Positions 30,019 through 41,684 of a stretch of 64,000 nucleotides of DNA are shown piece after piece. The DNA is taken from assembly GCA_035553475.1 (NCBI GenBank), contig DATNDQ010000054.1:6478-70477 (forward strand), read 5' to 3'. Each line of letters opens with the position of its first letter. The first letter of the stretch is position 1. The notes beneath the pieces are model-generated. The model was given only the letters and a program-made list of their open reading frames with translations, ran no database searches and had not been told where the DNA came from. Both the position numbers and the translations under genes were made by a program. The stretch is from Gemmatimonadales bacterium (GTDB lineage: Bacteria > Gemmatimonadota > Gemmatimonadetes > Gemmatimonadales > GWC2-71-9).

Positions 30019-31814
30019 GCGAACGCACACTGCGGGGCATCGGAGTGTCTCCCGGCATCGCCATCGGTCCGGCGGTATCGGTGCAGACCACGCTGCCGGA
30101 GGTGCCGCACCGCGTGGTGCCGCGCACGCAAGTCGAAAAAGAGGTCCGTCGCCTCCGCGCGGCGGTCCGCGACGTGCGCCGTCACCTGACGGAGCTTCGC
30201 AAGCGCGCCGAAGTCGAGGCCGGTGCCGACGAAGCCCGGATTTTCGATGCCCAGATCCTGATGCTCGAGGACAAGGCGTTCATCGGTTCGGTCGAAGAGC
30301 TGATCCGGAAAAACCACCTCACGGCCGAGAAAGCGTACGAGTACCAGGCGCTCGAAGTACGGGACCTCTGGGCGGCCTCGACCAGCACCCGGCTCAAGGA
30401 ACGTCTGGCCGACCTGAACGGCGTCACCATCCAGGTGGTCCGGCACCTCCTCCACAAGGGTGACCTCGTGGCGGGCGGCATTCGCGAGCCGTCAATCCTG
30501 GTGGCGCACGAGCTCGGACCGGGTGTCACGGTGCAATTCGGCCGGGATCGGGTGCTCGGGCTCGTGAGCGAGGAGGGCACGAGGACGTCGCACGCCGCGA
30601 TTCTCGCGCACTCGATGGGCATGCCTGCGGTGATGGGACTGACCGGCGCCCTGGAGCGCATCAAGTCGGGAACCATGCTGATCGTGGATGGCACCCGGGG
30701 CGTCGTCACACTCGATCCCAGCAAGGACGAAATTGCCGCCGCGCGTGCGATGGACACCCGTCGCAAGCAGATCGCCCGCCAGGCGGAAGAGGGCGCGAAC
30801 CTGCCCGCGGTGACCACCGATGGGATTCACATCAACGTCCGCGGAAACGTCGACCTGCCGGAGGAGATCAAAGCCGCCAAGGAGCATGGCGCCGAGGGCG
30901 TGGGACTCCTGCGCACCGAATTCCTGATCACCGGACACACCAAGCTTCCGACGGAGGACGAGCAGGCGAAGTATTTCAGGAAGGTGGGGGACGCGTTCCC
31001 TGGCTATCCGATCGTGATCCGGACCTACGATCTGGGGGGCGACAAATTCCCCGCGCCCTTCCGCGCGCCGCCGGAGGCCAACCCGTTCCTGGGATGGCGC
31101 GCGATCCGGGTGTGTCTCGATCAGCCCGAGATGTTCCGGGTGCAGATCCGGGCCGCGCTCCGCGCCGGAGCCCATGTTCCCATTCACCTGATGATCCCGC
31201 TCGTCACCCGGCTGTCCGAGGTGGAGACGACGCGCCAGATGGTGGCGGAAGAGGGTCAGCTGCTCAAGCAGGCGGGCGTCCAGGCCGCGGAGACCATTCC
31301 GGTGGGCGTGATGGTGGAAACGCCGGCGGCCGCGGTGATGGCGGACCGCCTTGCCGAGATATCCGATTTCCTGTCGGTGGGGACGAACGACCTGACGCAG
31401 TACACGCTGGCGGTGGACCGGAGCAATGCGCGTCTCGCGAATCGCTTCACACCTCACGACCCGAGCGTCCTGCGCCTGCTGAAGCTGGTGGCCGAGGCGG
31501 CACGGGCCGCGGGCAAGCCCGCGAGCGTCTGTGGCGAGATGGCGTCGGAGCCGATTTCCGCGTTCCTGTTGATCGGGTTGGGCTACGAAACGCTGTCGGT
31601 GGCCCCGCCGGCGCTGCCGCTCATCCGCTGGCTGGTTCGACAGGTGAGTCGCGAGCAGGCGATGTCGGCGGCGGCGGCGGCGCTGGCCGCTCGGTCGGCG
31701 GACCTCGCCCTCGACATCTTGCGCTATGCGTTGGCGGAAGCGGTGGACATGAAGCTCCTGGATCCCGACGCGCGGTTGCCCGGGGCGCGCACCTCGGCTA
31801 GCTTGCCCAGCTAA
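30015..31814 (+). CDS. ptsI: phosphoenolpyruvate--protein phosphotransferase (PTS enzyme I)
   Basis: The 599-aa ORF has [19 protein letters not shown] (active-site His), GLLRTEFL and [10 protein letters not shown], plus the C-terminal Cys region SVCGEMA. Confidence 0.92.
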   Translation: MSERTLRGIGVSPGIAIGPAVSVQTTLPEVPHRVVPRTQVEKEVRRLRAAVRDVRRHLTELRKRAEVEAGADEARIFDAQILMLEDKAFIGSVEELIRKNHLTAEKAYEYQALEVRDLWAASTSTRLKERLADLNGVTIQVVRHLLHKGDLVAGGIREPSILVAHELGPGVTVQFGRDRVLGLVSEEGTRTSHAAILAHSMGMPAVMGLTGALERIKSGTMLIVDGTRGVVTLDPSKDEIAAARAMDTRRKQIARQAEEGANLPAVTTDGIHINVRGNVDLPEEIKAAKEHGAEGVGLLRTEFLITGHTKLPTEDEQAKYFRKVGDAFPGYPIVIRTYDLGGDKFPAPFRAPPEANPFLGWRAIRVCLDQPEMFRVQIRAALRAGAHVPIHLMIPLVTRLSEVETTRQMVAEEGQLLKQAGVQAAETIPVGVMVETPAAAVMADRLAEISDFLSVGTNDLTQYTLAVDRSNARLANRFTPHDPSVLRLLKLVAEAARAAGKPASVCGEMASEPISAFLLIGLGYETLSVAPPALPLIRWLVRQVSREQAMSAAAAALAARSADLALDILRYALAEAVDMKLLDPDARLPGARTSASLPS

Positions 31815-31830
31815 AGGGAGACGCACCTAC

Positions 31831-34370
<2,540 letters not shown>

Positions 34371-34380
34371 GCCAACGCAA

Positions 34381-34902
34381 ATGAAAGAAGTCCGCGTCGC
34401 CAATCTCGGTCTCGACCGGACCAACAACACCCCCGTGGTGATTCTGCGGGAGTCGGACGGCGAGCGGGTGCTCCCGATCTGGATCGGGCCGGCCGAGGCG
34501 AGCGCGATCGCGATGGAGCTGGCAGGGGTGAAGTCGTCCCGTCCCCTGACGCACGACCTCCTGAAGCAGGTCATCGTCGGTCTGGGCGCCGAGCTGCGGA
34601 AGATCATCATCACGGCGGTGAAAGACAGCACCTACTACGCCGAGCTGCACCTCTATCGGGGCGACCAGGTGATCCAGATCGATGCCCGGCCATCCGACTC
34701 GATCGCGCTCGCCCTTCGGCTGCAGGCACCGATCCTGACGGCCGACGAGCTCCTCCAGCACACCGTGATCGAAACCACCGACACCATCGGCGAAAGCACG
34801 GGCCCCTCCGGGGAACGGACCAGTGGCCCCCTCGACGCCGACGCCCTCAAGACCTACCTCCAGAACCTCGATCCTGAAGATTTCGGGAAGTTCACGCCGT
34901 AA
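34381..34902 (+). CDS. bifunctional nuclease family protein (DUF151/BFN-like)
   Basis: The ATG at 34381 gives MKEVRVANLGLDRTNNTPVVILRE...VLPIWIGPAEASAIA and RPLTHDL, typical of the bifunctional nuclease family. Confidence 0.72.
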   Translation: MKEVRVANLGLDRTNNTPVVILRESDGERVLPIWIGPAEASAIAMELAGVKSSRPLTHDLLKQVIVGLGAELRKIIITAVKDSTYYAELHLYRGDQVIQIDARPSDSIALALRLQAPILTADELLQHTVIETTDTIGESTGPSGERTSGPLDADALKTYLQNLDPEDFGKFTP

Positions 34903-35863
34903 CGCCCTCCTCCTGGGCCTGTGGGTCCTGGGAGGGGGAGCCGGAGCCGCGAGCGCACAGTCGGTCACCCTGGCCGGTGCCGTCACGCTCGGCTATGCGC
35001 ACCCACGTCCCCTCGCCGGCGCCACCGTCATCCTGCATCGGGTGACGATGCTGGTGCAGGGCCCCGTCGACTCGGCCCGCCTGGACGCCCGGGGTCAATA
35101 TCGGCTCCGCATCCCGGTAGTGGACTCGACCGCCAACTACCTCATCAGTGTGCTGCATGACGGAGTCGGCTATTTCTCCGAACCCATCCGGCCGCTGCAC
35201 TTCGTGCCGGGGCAGGGGTTGAACGTGGATACGCTGAGGGTCTACGACACGTCGGTCGATGGACCGCCGCTGACCGTGACCAAGCGGCTCATCTCCGTGG
35301 CGTCGGCGAAGGGGGACGGGTCACGGGAGGTTCTGGAGATTGCGGTGCTGTCGAATCCCGGCGAAAAGACCCGGATCGCGGCCGACACCCTGCACCCCGT
35401 GTGGACGGGGTTGCTGCCCACCGGGGCGCTGCAATTCTCCGTGGGGCAGGGGGATTTCTCCGCTGACGCCGTGGCCCGGCATGGCGATACCGTCGCCCTG
35501 TACGGCGCGGTCCAGCCGGGCAGCGGACGCCAGTTGGCGTTCAGCTATCTCATCCCGCGCGGTTCGTCACGGTTCATGGTGCCCGTCACTCATGCTCTCG
35601 ACGACATGATGGTGCTGCTCGAAGACACCACGGCACGCGTGACCGGTCCGGGACTGCGCGCCCTCGGCGTCCGCCTGCTCGAAAGCCGCCACTTCGCCGA
35701 GTACCAGATCGACAACCTGAAGGCCGGCGCACTCGTCGCCATCGACTTCCCCCATGGTCCGTTCCGCATTGAGTCGCTGGTGCCCTTCATCGCCGTACTC
35801 GCGGGCCTGGTTCTTGGGGGCGGATTCTGGCTCGCGTTGCGACGGCCGCGCCCGGCGGCCTGA
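34823..35863 (+). CDS. hypothetical exported/membrane-anchored protein with carboxypeptidase-regulatory-like beta-sandwich
   Basis: A signal-like segment (RRNALLLGLWVLGGGAGAASAQ) is followed by GATVILHRV....DARGQYRLRIP. A C-terminal TM segment LVPFIAVLAGLVLGGGFWLAL precedes RRPR. The start is uncertain: the ORF-track GTG at 34823 overlaps the upstream gene by 80 nt. Confidence 0.5.
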   Translation: MAPSTPTPSRPTSRTSILKISGSSRRNALLLGLWVLGGGAGAASAQSVTLAGAVTLGYAHPRPLAGATVILHRVTMLVQGPVDSARLDARGQYRLRIPVVDSTANYLISVLHDGVGYFSEPIRPLHFVPGQGLNVDTLRVYDTSVDGPPLTVTKRLISVASAKGDGSREVLEIAVLSNPGEKTRIAADTLHPVWTGLLPTGALQFSVGQGDFSADAVARHGDTVALYGAVQPGSGRQLAFSYLIPRGSSRFMVPVTHALDDMMVLLEDTTARVTGPGLRALGVRLLESRHFAEYQIDNLKAGALVAIDFPHGPFRIESLVPFIAVLAGLVLGGGFWLALRRPRPAA

Positions 35864-35921
35864 CCGGTCACTTGCTTGCTCTTTGAGCCGCACTCCGCTA
35901 GCATAGCCTCGTAGTCAAAAA

Positions 35922-36062
35922 CGCGAACGCGGGATTTACGGAAGCCGGTGCAAGTCCGGCGCGGCCCCGCCACTGTAACGGGCAGCAGCTGTCGGCTCAC
36001 GCCACTGGGAAACCGGGAAGGCCAGCCGAAACGCCCGAAGCCAGGAGACCTCCCCGTTCGCG
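35922..36062 (+). promoter_or_regulatory. cobalamin (B12) riboswitch aptamer
   Basis: Conserved core GGAAGCCGGTGCAAGTCCGGCGCGGCCCCGCCACTGTAA, B12-box-like GCCACTGGGAAACCGGGAAGGC and AAGCCAGGAGACC are all present. P1 is closed by CGCGAACG (35922-35929) pairing with CGTTCGCG (36055-36062). The element lies directly upstream of a B12/iron-chelate ABC plus TonB operon. Confidence 0.88.
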
Positions 36063-36122
36063 CCACCTGCAATTCCCTCGCGGGAGGGATGGTGGCGCTG
36101 CGCACTCAGGCGCAGTCGCTCG

Positions 36123-36154
36123 CCCATCTCTGGTCCGCCGGGGATGGGTTTTTT
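36123..36154 (+). terminator. intrinsic terminator (riboswitch expression platform)
   Basis: The hairpin CCCATCTCTGG / CCGGGGATGGG (36123-36148, about 11 bp including G-U pairs, loop TCCG) is followed by TTTTTT (36149-36154). This is 5 nt before the btuF-like start. Upstream GGGATGG (36086-36092) could pair with the 5' arm as an antiterminator. Confidence 0.7.
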
Positions 36155-36159
36155 GATTC

Positions 36160-37035
36160 ATGCGTCGATCGGTACTGCACATCGGACTGCTCTTGCTGTT
36201 GGCGTGTGGGCGAGGACGCCCCCAGGCGCCCAGCGCGCTGTCAGTCACCGATGACGCTGGCCGCACGGTGTCCCTGTCGGGAGCCGCCCGCCGGGTGGTT
36301 TCCCTCGCTCCTTCGTCCACCGAGCTGCTCTTCGCCGTAGGGGCTGGTCCCCAGGTCGTGGGACGGACCACCTGGTGCCGGTATCCGGCGGCGGCCTTGG
36401 CCGTCCCTGTGGTGGGGGACGGGCTGGATCCCAACATCGAGGCCGTGGCCGCCACCCATCCCGATCTCGTGGTCCTCTACCGGTCTCCCTCCAACGGTAC
36501 GGCCATCACGCAGTTGGATCAGCTCGGCATCAAGTCCGTCGTGTTGCGGCAGGACCTGTTGGTCGATGTCGCGCGGGACGCAGGGCTCCTGGGAACGCTG
36601 ACCGGTCACCAGGTCGCCGGGGACTCGATCGCCCGCGTGCTCGACTCGCTGAGCGCGTCGCCGGCCGCTTCCGTCCGCGCACGCGTGGCGATCGTGGTCT
36701 GGGACAACCCTCCCATCGTGATCGGGGGCGGGTCCTTCCTGGACGAGCTGGGCAGGCTCGCCGGTGCTCAGAACGTGTTCCACGACCTGCCGCAGGCGTC
36801 CGCCACCGTGTCCCTCGAGAGCATCGCCTCGCGCAATCCCGACTTCATCGCCGTCGTTGACGACTCGAGCGCGTCCAATACCCCGTCGTTCGCCCGGCGT
36901 CCGGAATGGCGGGCGGTCCCGGCGGTGCGCGCCGGGCACATCATCCACCTGCCAGGCACGCTCTTCGGACGCCCCAGTCCGCGGGCAGCTGAGGCCGTTG
37001 CGGCTTACGCGCGCCTTCTGAACGGGACCAGGTGA
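36160..37035 (+). CDS. btuF: cobalamin/iron-chelate ABC transporter substrate-binding lipoprotein (BtuF-like)
   Basis: The lipoprotein signal is MRRSVLHIGLLLLLAC. RVVSLAPSSTELLFAVGAGPQVVGRT is a typical class III periplasmic binding protein motif. The gene is under the B12 riboswitch. Confidence 0.78.
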   Translation: MRRSVLHIGLLLLLACGRGRPQAPSALSVTDDAGRTVSLSGAARRVVSLAPSSTELLFAVGAGPQVVGRTTWCRYPAAALAVPVVGDGLDPNIEAVAATHPDLVVLYRSPSNGTAITQLDQLGIKSVVLRQDLLVDVARDAGLLGTLTGHQVAGDSIARVLDSLSASPAASVRARVAIVVWDNPPIVIGGGSFLDELGRLAGAQNVFHDLPQASATVSLESIASRNPDFIAVVDDSSASNTPSFARRPEWRAVPAVRAGHIIHLPGTLFGRPSPRAAEAVAAYARLLNGTR

Positions 37036-37979
37036 AGAACGCCGGGTTGGTTGCGCTCTCGGTCATCGCGCTGGCTCTGGCGGTGATCCTCGGGCCGACG
37101 AGCGTTCCCCTCGGCGATCTGATTCATTCGCCCATCGTCCGGGATCTCCGGGTACCGCGCGCACTCCTGGGACTCCTTGTGGGCGGGGCGCTTGGCGTCT
37201 CCGGTGCCGGACTGCAGGCGCTGGTTCGCAACCCGCTGGCCGACCCCTTCCTGATGGGACTGTCCGGGGGAGCGGGACTCGGCGCGGTCGGGGCCATCGC
37301 GCTGCATCTCTCCGGTCCCTGGGCCCTCCCGCTCGCGGCCTTCCTTGGCGCTCTGGCGGCGATGGCCCTGGTCTACCGGTTGGGGCTCGTCGCGGGCGCG
37401 ACGCTCGATCCCCGCATCCTGCTCCTCGCCGGTGTCGTCGTCGGATCATTCGCGGCGGCGATCTCCACCGCGATTGTGTCGCTCTCGGAAGCCGAACAGC
37501 TGCGGAACGCGATGCTGTGGTTGTGGGGCGGACTGTCCGGCGCGTCATGGACCACGGTACTGGTGATGCTGATCTACCTGCCGGTGCCGCTCGTCATTCT
37601 CGTCGCGGCGGCCCGGCCACTGGACCTGATGGCCCTCGGCGATGAACCCGCCTCCTATCTCGGTGCGGACGTGGCCCGCGTGCGCCGGCGCGTTTACCTC
37701 GCGGCGTCCATGCTCACGGCGGCGGCCGTCGCGGTCTCGGGCGTGATCGGGTTCGTCGGCCTGATCGTGCCGCACATCGGGCGCCTGATCTGGGGTCACC
37801 GGCATCGCGCCCTCATCCCGGTGTCGTTCCTGGGCGGCGGGATCCTCCTCATGCTGTCGGACACCCTGGCGCGGACCGTGGTGGCCCCACGCGAGCTGCC
37901 CGTAGGGATCGTGACCGCATTGATCGGCGTGCCCGCGTTCGCGGTGCTGCTGCGCCGGTGGGTGGGTGCCCGCGCATGA
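37032..37979 (+). CDS. btuC: FecCD-family ABC permease (BtuC-like)
   Basis: The 315-aa ORF contains LRVPRALLGLLVGGALGVSGAGLQALVRNPLADPFLMGLSGGAGLG and GIVTALIGVPAFAVLLRR, which are FecCD motifs. Confidence 0.85.
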   Translation: MKNAGLVALSVIALALAVILGPTSVPLGDLIHSPIVRDLRVPRALLGLLVGGALGVSGAGLQALVRNPLADPFLMGLSGGAGLGAVGAIALHLSGPWALPLAAFLGALAAMALVYRLGLVAGATLDPRILLLAGVVVGSFAAAISTAIVSLSEAEQLRNAMLWLWGGLSGASWTTVLVMLIYLPVPLVILVAAARPLDLMALGDEPASYLGADVARVRRRVYLAASMLTAAAVAVSGVIGFVGLIVPHIGRLIWGHRHRALIPVSFLGGGILLMLSDTLARTVVAPRELPVGIVTALIGVPAFAVLLRRWVGARA

Positions 37980-38773
37980 TCCTCGCCCTCGACCACGTGC
38001 ACGCCCGGTATCCGGGAACGGAGCGCGACGCGCTCGCCGACGTCTCCCTCGGCGTCTCGCCCGGGGAGCTCGTGGCGGTGCTGGGACCCAACGGATCCGG
38101 AAAGACCACCCTCGTACGGGTGGCCCTCGGCACCCTCGCGCCCACCGCCGGCTCAGTGGTCGTGGCCGGCAGGGGGGCGGGGGAGTGGGACCGGCGGGCG
38201 TTGGCCCGGGTGGCCGCCGTCGTGACTCAGCGGGAGGAGATGACCTTCCCCCAACGCGCTCGTGAGTCCGTCATGCTCGGCCGCTACCCGCACCTCCCGC
38301 CATTCGCCGCTCCGCGACGCGCCGACCACCAGGCCGTTCGTGACGCGCTCGAGGCGTGCGACGCGCTGGGACTCGCGGACCGGTGGCTCGAGACCCTGTC
38401 GGGCGGCGAGCAGCAGCGAGTGCGCCTCGCGCGCGCGCTCGCCCAAGAGCCTCAGCTGCTGGTGCTCGACGAACCGACGGCCTCCCTCGACGTGAAGCAC
38501 GAGATGGAGCTCTTCGAGCGGGTGCGCGCGCTGGTCGACCGCCGCAAGCTGGCCGCGGTGGTGATCACTCATCAGGTGAACCTCGCGGCTCGCTTCGCCG
38601 ACCGCGTCCTCCTGCTGTCACGGGGAGCGCCGGCCGGATCGGGGCCCGCGCGCGAGGTCCTGACGCGAGAGACCGTCGAACGCGTATTCGAGTGGCCCAT
38701 TGCGATTCAGGCTTTTGATGACCGTCCGCAGATGATTCCTCTACGTCGCGAACTTCCCACGGATCGGAGTTAG
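37976..38773 (+). CDS. btuD: ABC transporter ATP-binding protein (BtuD/FecE-like)
   Basis: Walker A is GPNGSGKTT, the signature motif is LSGGEQQRV and Walker B is LLVLDEPT. The ATG at 37976 overlaps the btuC TGA (ATGA). Confidence 0.85.
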   Translation: MILALDHVHARYPGTERDALADVSLGVSPGELVAVLGPNGSGKTTLVRVALGTLAPTAGSVVVAGRGAGEWDRRALARVAAVVTQREEMTFPQRARESVMLGRYPHLPPFAAPRRADHQAVRDALEACDALGLADRWLETLSGGEQQRVRLARALAQEPQLLVLDEPTASLDVKHEMELFERVRALVDRRKLAAVVITHQVNLAARFADRVLLLSRGAPAGSGPAREVLTRETVERVFEWPIAIQAFDDRPQMIPLRRELPTDRS

Positions 38774-38775
38774 GA

Positions 38776-40668
38776 ATGCGTGTCGTTGTCCTGCTGGCTT
38801 CGGCAATCGTCGTTGGTTCGCTGTCCGCCCAAACCCCGAGCGACACGTTCAAGCTGGCCCCGGTCGTTGTCACGGCCACCGGGATCCCCACCCGCGCCGA
38901 CCAGCTGCCCGTGTCTGTGACGGTATTGAAGGGGGCCGATCTCGCGGCCCGGGGGATTCGGACGGTCTCGCAGGCGCTTCGGCTGGTGCCGGGGGCGGCG
39001 GTGGTGGAGACCAGCTCGTTCGGCTCCCAAACGTCGCTTTTCCTCCGCGGCGGCGAGAGCGACTACGCCAAGGTTCTTGTCGACGGTGTGCCGCAGAGCC
39101 AGCCTGGCGTGGGATTCGACTACGCGAATCTCACGACCGACAACATCGACCGCATCGAAGTGGTGAGCGGGCCGGTGAGCGTCTTGTACGGCTCGGATGC
39201 CGTCACCGGCGTCGTGCAGATCTTCACGAAGACCGGCCAGGGAGGGGCCCACGGGACCCTGTCGGCACATGCCGGTACGTATGGGAGCGCCGACTACGCT
39301 CTGTCGGCTGGGGGAGGGAACGAGCGTGCCAGTTGGTCGCTGTCCGGTTCCCGCTTCACGTCGGACGGATCGCTCCCGGTGAACAATCACTACCGGAACG
39401 GCGCCATGAACGGCCGGCTGGTCCTCCGGCCCGGGGATAGCACGGAGGCAGCCCTGTCGGTCCGATATGACGACGGTTTGTACTTCTTTCCGACGACGTA
39501 TCCGGGAGCGCCCCTGAGCAACAACCAGCACGACCTCGATCGTGGTCCCTCAGTAGGACTCGACATGAGTCACGGATTCAGGGCGGTGAGTGTGCACCTC
39601 ATCGGCACCTGGCATCGAGACAATCTCCAGTACGCCATCGGTCCTAATGATTCGACCGACTCCTTCAACCTCCCGTTCTCGAGCAATGACTGGATCACCC
39701 GCCAAAGTCTCGAAGGGCGTGCTGAGGTTCACCTCTCGGGTTCGGACGTGCTTACCGCTGGTTCGTCGTTCGAGCATCAGCGGATGGAGGGCACCACGCT
39801 TGGCCAGGTGCGGACCCGCGACGACGGCTCTGTCTTCGCAGAGCTGGTCACGGGCTTTGGCCGGCCCCTCGGTGTTACCCTCGGTGCACGGATGGAAGAC
39901 AACCAGCGCTTCGGTACCTTCGGCACCTATCGTGCGGGCGTATCGTACCGCCTCAGCGGGTCCACGCGGGTCCTGGGGTCGTTGGGTAGCGCGTTCAAGG
40001 AGCCCAGTCTCTTTCAGAACTTCGCGCAGGGCTTCATCACGGGGAATGAGAACCTCAAGCCCGAGCACTCGTTCAGCTGGGAGGGCGGTGTCGAGCAGGA
40101 CCTCGGATCAGGGGTGGCGGTGCAGGCGACGTACTTCGATCAGCGCTTCCGCAATCAAATCGCGTATTCCTCTGATACGGTCCCGAACTACCAGAACATC
40201 GATGGTTCGACGGCCCGCGGCATCGAAATCTCCCTCCATGCGCCGCTTGGTGCCTGGGGAGCGCTGTCCGCCGGGTACACCTATCTGGCTACCAACGTGG
40301 TCCAAGGGGACACGACACCTGGCAGCGAGTTCCAGACCGGGCACCCCCTCATTCGACGCCCGGCGCACTCCGCGACGGCGAGCCTCAGCGCGGCTTTGCC
40401 CTTTGGCGGGAGCGCCGGCGTGGCGGTGAGCTACGTGGGCCGCCGGGACGACATCGACTTCAATCCCTTTCCCCCCCAGCGCGTCTCGCTGGCTGCCTAT
40501 GGGCGTCTGGACCTCTCGGCGCAAGTTCCCGTTCGGCTCGTACCAGGGCTTGCCATCGACGCCCGCGTCGACAATGCCCTCAACGCCGGGTACGATGAAG
40601 TGGCGAGTTTCCGCGCGCGGGGTCGCACCATAGTTTTCGGGGGTTCCTGGACCGTCGGATCACACTGA
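38776..40668 (+). CDS. btuB: TonB-dependent receptor (BtuB-like)
   Basis: A signal peptide is followed by the TonB-box-like DTFKLAPVVVTAT. Plug-domain motifs (IRTVSQALRLVPG, LFLRGGESDYAKVLVDGVP, IDRIEVVSGPVSVLYGSDA) precede a long beta-barrel. The gene is in the riboswitch-controlled operon. Confidence 0.85.
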   Translation: MRVVVLLASAIVVGSLSAQTPSDTFKLAPVVVTATGIPTRADQLPVSVTVLKGADLAARGIRTVSQALRLVPGAAVVETSSFGSQTSLFLRGGESDYAKVLVDGVPQSQPGVGFDYANLTTDNIDRIEVVSGPVSVLYGSDAVTGVVQIFTKTGQGGAHGTLSAHAGTYGSADYALSAGGGNERASWSLSGSRFTSDGSLPVNNHYRNGAMNGRLVLRPGDSTEAALSVRYDDGLYFFPTTYPGAPLSNNQHDLDRGPSVGLDMSHGFRAVSVHLIGTWHRDNLQYAIGPNDSTDSFNLPFSSNDWITRQSLEGRAEVHLSGSDVLTAGSSFEHQRMEGTTLGQVRTRDDGSVFAELVTGFGRPLGVTLGARMEDNQRFGTFGTYRAGVSYRLSGSTRVLGSLGSAFKEPSLFQNFAQGFITGNENLKPEHSFSWEGGVEQDLGSGVAVQATYFDQRFRNQIAYSSDTVPNYQNIDGSTARGIEISLHAPLGAWGALSAGYTYLATNVVQGDTTPGSEFQTGHPLIRRPAHSATASLSAALPFGGSAGVAVSYVGRRDDIDFNPFPPQRVSLAAYGRLDLSAQVPVRLVPGLAIDARVDNALNAGYDEVASFRARGRTIVFGGSWTVGSH

Positions 40669-40680
40669 CGAAGGGCGGGG

Positions 40681-41676
40681 ATGCGCGGAGTCCGGCTCGC
40701 TGGAGTGGCACTCGTGGTGGCGGCGGTGGCCTGCTCGGACGCGTTGGAGCAGACCACGCCCGTCGGGCAGGAGATCGTCATCCTGGATGGGCAGTCGAGC
40801 TCCCTCACACTCGTGAATGCGGGGGACTTCTCCGCGACATCACTGGCGTTGGCGTTTCCCGTCACGGGCGCACCCCAGATCGCGGGCCGTGGATCGATGG
40901 TCCTCGTTCCCGGTGGCACGCGCGACTCCCTCCAGATCCTCACGCTGGGCGGCTCCGCGAAAGTGGCATCGACCAAGCACCCCGTTGGAGCCGCCTTTCA
41001 GGACGACACGCTGGCCTGGGTGGCCGATTCCGCGTTCGACTCGTTGGCGCAGGTGAACGTGCGGGCCGGCCAGCAAGTGTTGGCGCGTCCCCTGAGTGGC
41101 CCGGCCGTCGGCGTCGCCGTCACCGACAGTCAGGTGTTCACGGTCCACACCACGTGGCTGACGTCGGTCAACATGGTGGGCCCGCCGGTTCCCGATTCGA
41201 TTCCCCTCTCGGGGGTCAACGCCCATTTCGTCGTAATCGGCGATGATTCGCTGCTCTATGTCATCTCGCGCGGGGACAGCGGGAAGGCGAACGGCAGGTT
41301 GTCGATCGTGGACCCCGTCGGTCATGTGGAGACGGTGGTCATCAACGGACTGGGAGAGCGACCGGGGCCCGGAGTGTTTCATCCGACCGGCCGGCTGCTG
41401 ATTGCATCGCCCACGAACGGAATTCTCGAGGTGAACGCCCTGACGCGGTCGATCACGCGGGGACCCAGTGACGCCATCAAGCCCGGTGGGAAAGGAGTCC
41501 TGTCCCTGTCCCTCGACGCGCGCGGCCGGGTGTACGCGGTGTCGAGTACGGTGTGTGGGAGTGGCCCGGGCACCCTGTACGTGCTCTCGCCTCCCCCCGA
41601 GTATCGCGTGATCACGACCGTTCCGCTCGGGACGTGTCCGGTCGCCTCGGCCGTGGCCGAGATGCCGGCGCAGTAA
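40681..41676 (+). CDS. hypothetical lipoprotein, beta-propeller-like
   Basis: The lipoprotein signal is MRGVRLAGVALVVAAVAC. About 40-residue segments recur with V/I-rich strands and Gly/Asp turns (LLYVISRGDSG...LSIVD, RLLIASPTNGILEVN, RVYAVSS...GTLYVLS), suggesting a YncE/YVTN-like propeller. It is the last gene after btuB. Confidence 0.5.
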   Translation: MRGVRLAGVALVVAAVACSDALEQTTPVGQEIVILDGQSSSLTLVNAGDFSATSLALAFPVTGAPQIAGRGSMVLVPGGTRDSLQILTLGGSAKVASTKHPVGAAFQDDTLAWVADSAFDSLAQVNVRAGQQVLARPLSGPAVGVAVTDSQVFTVHTTWLTSVNMVGPPVPDSIPLSGVNAHFVVIGDDSLLYVISRGDSGKANGRLSIVDPVGHVETVVINGLGERPGPGVFHPTGRLLIASPTNGILEVNALTRSITRGPSDAIKPGGKGVLSLSLDARGRVYAVSSTVCGSGPGTLYVLSPPPEYRVITTVPLGTCPVASAVAEMPAQ

Positions 41677-41684
41677 CTTCCGGG

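Noticed and set aside
31815-31830. Expected SAM riboswitch or met-box-type control upstream of metK-ahcY
   Set aside because: Only 16 nt separate the ptsI stop from the metK ATG, and they contain just an RBS (AAGGGAGA). There is no room for a riboswitch, and no AGACGTCT array is present there.
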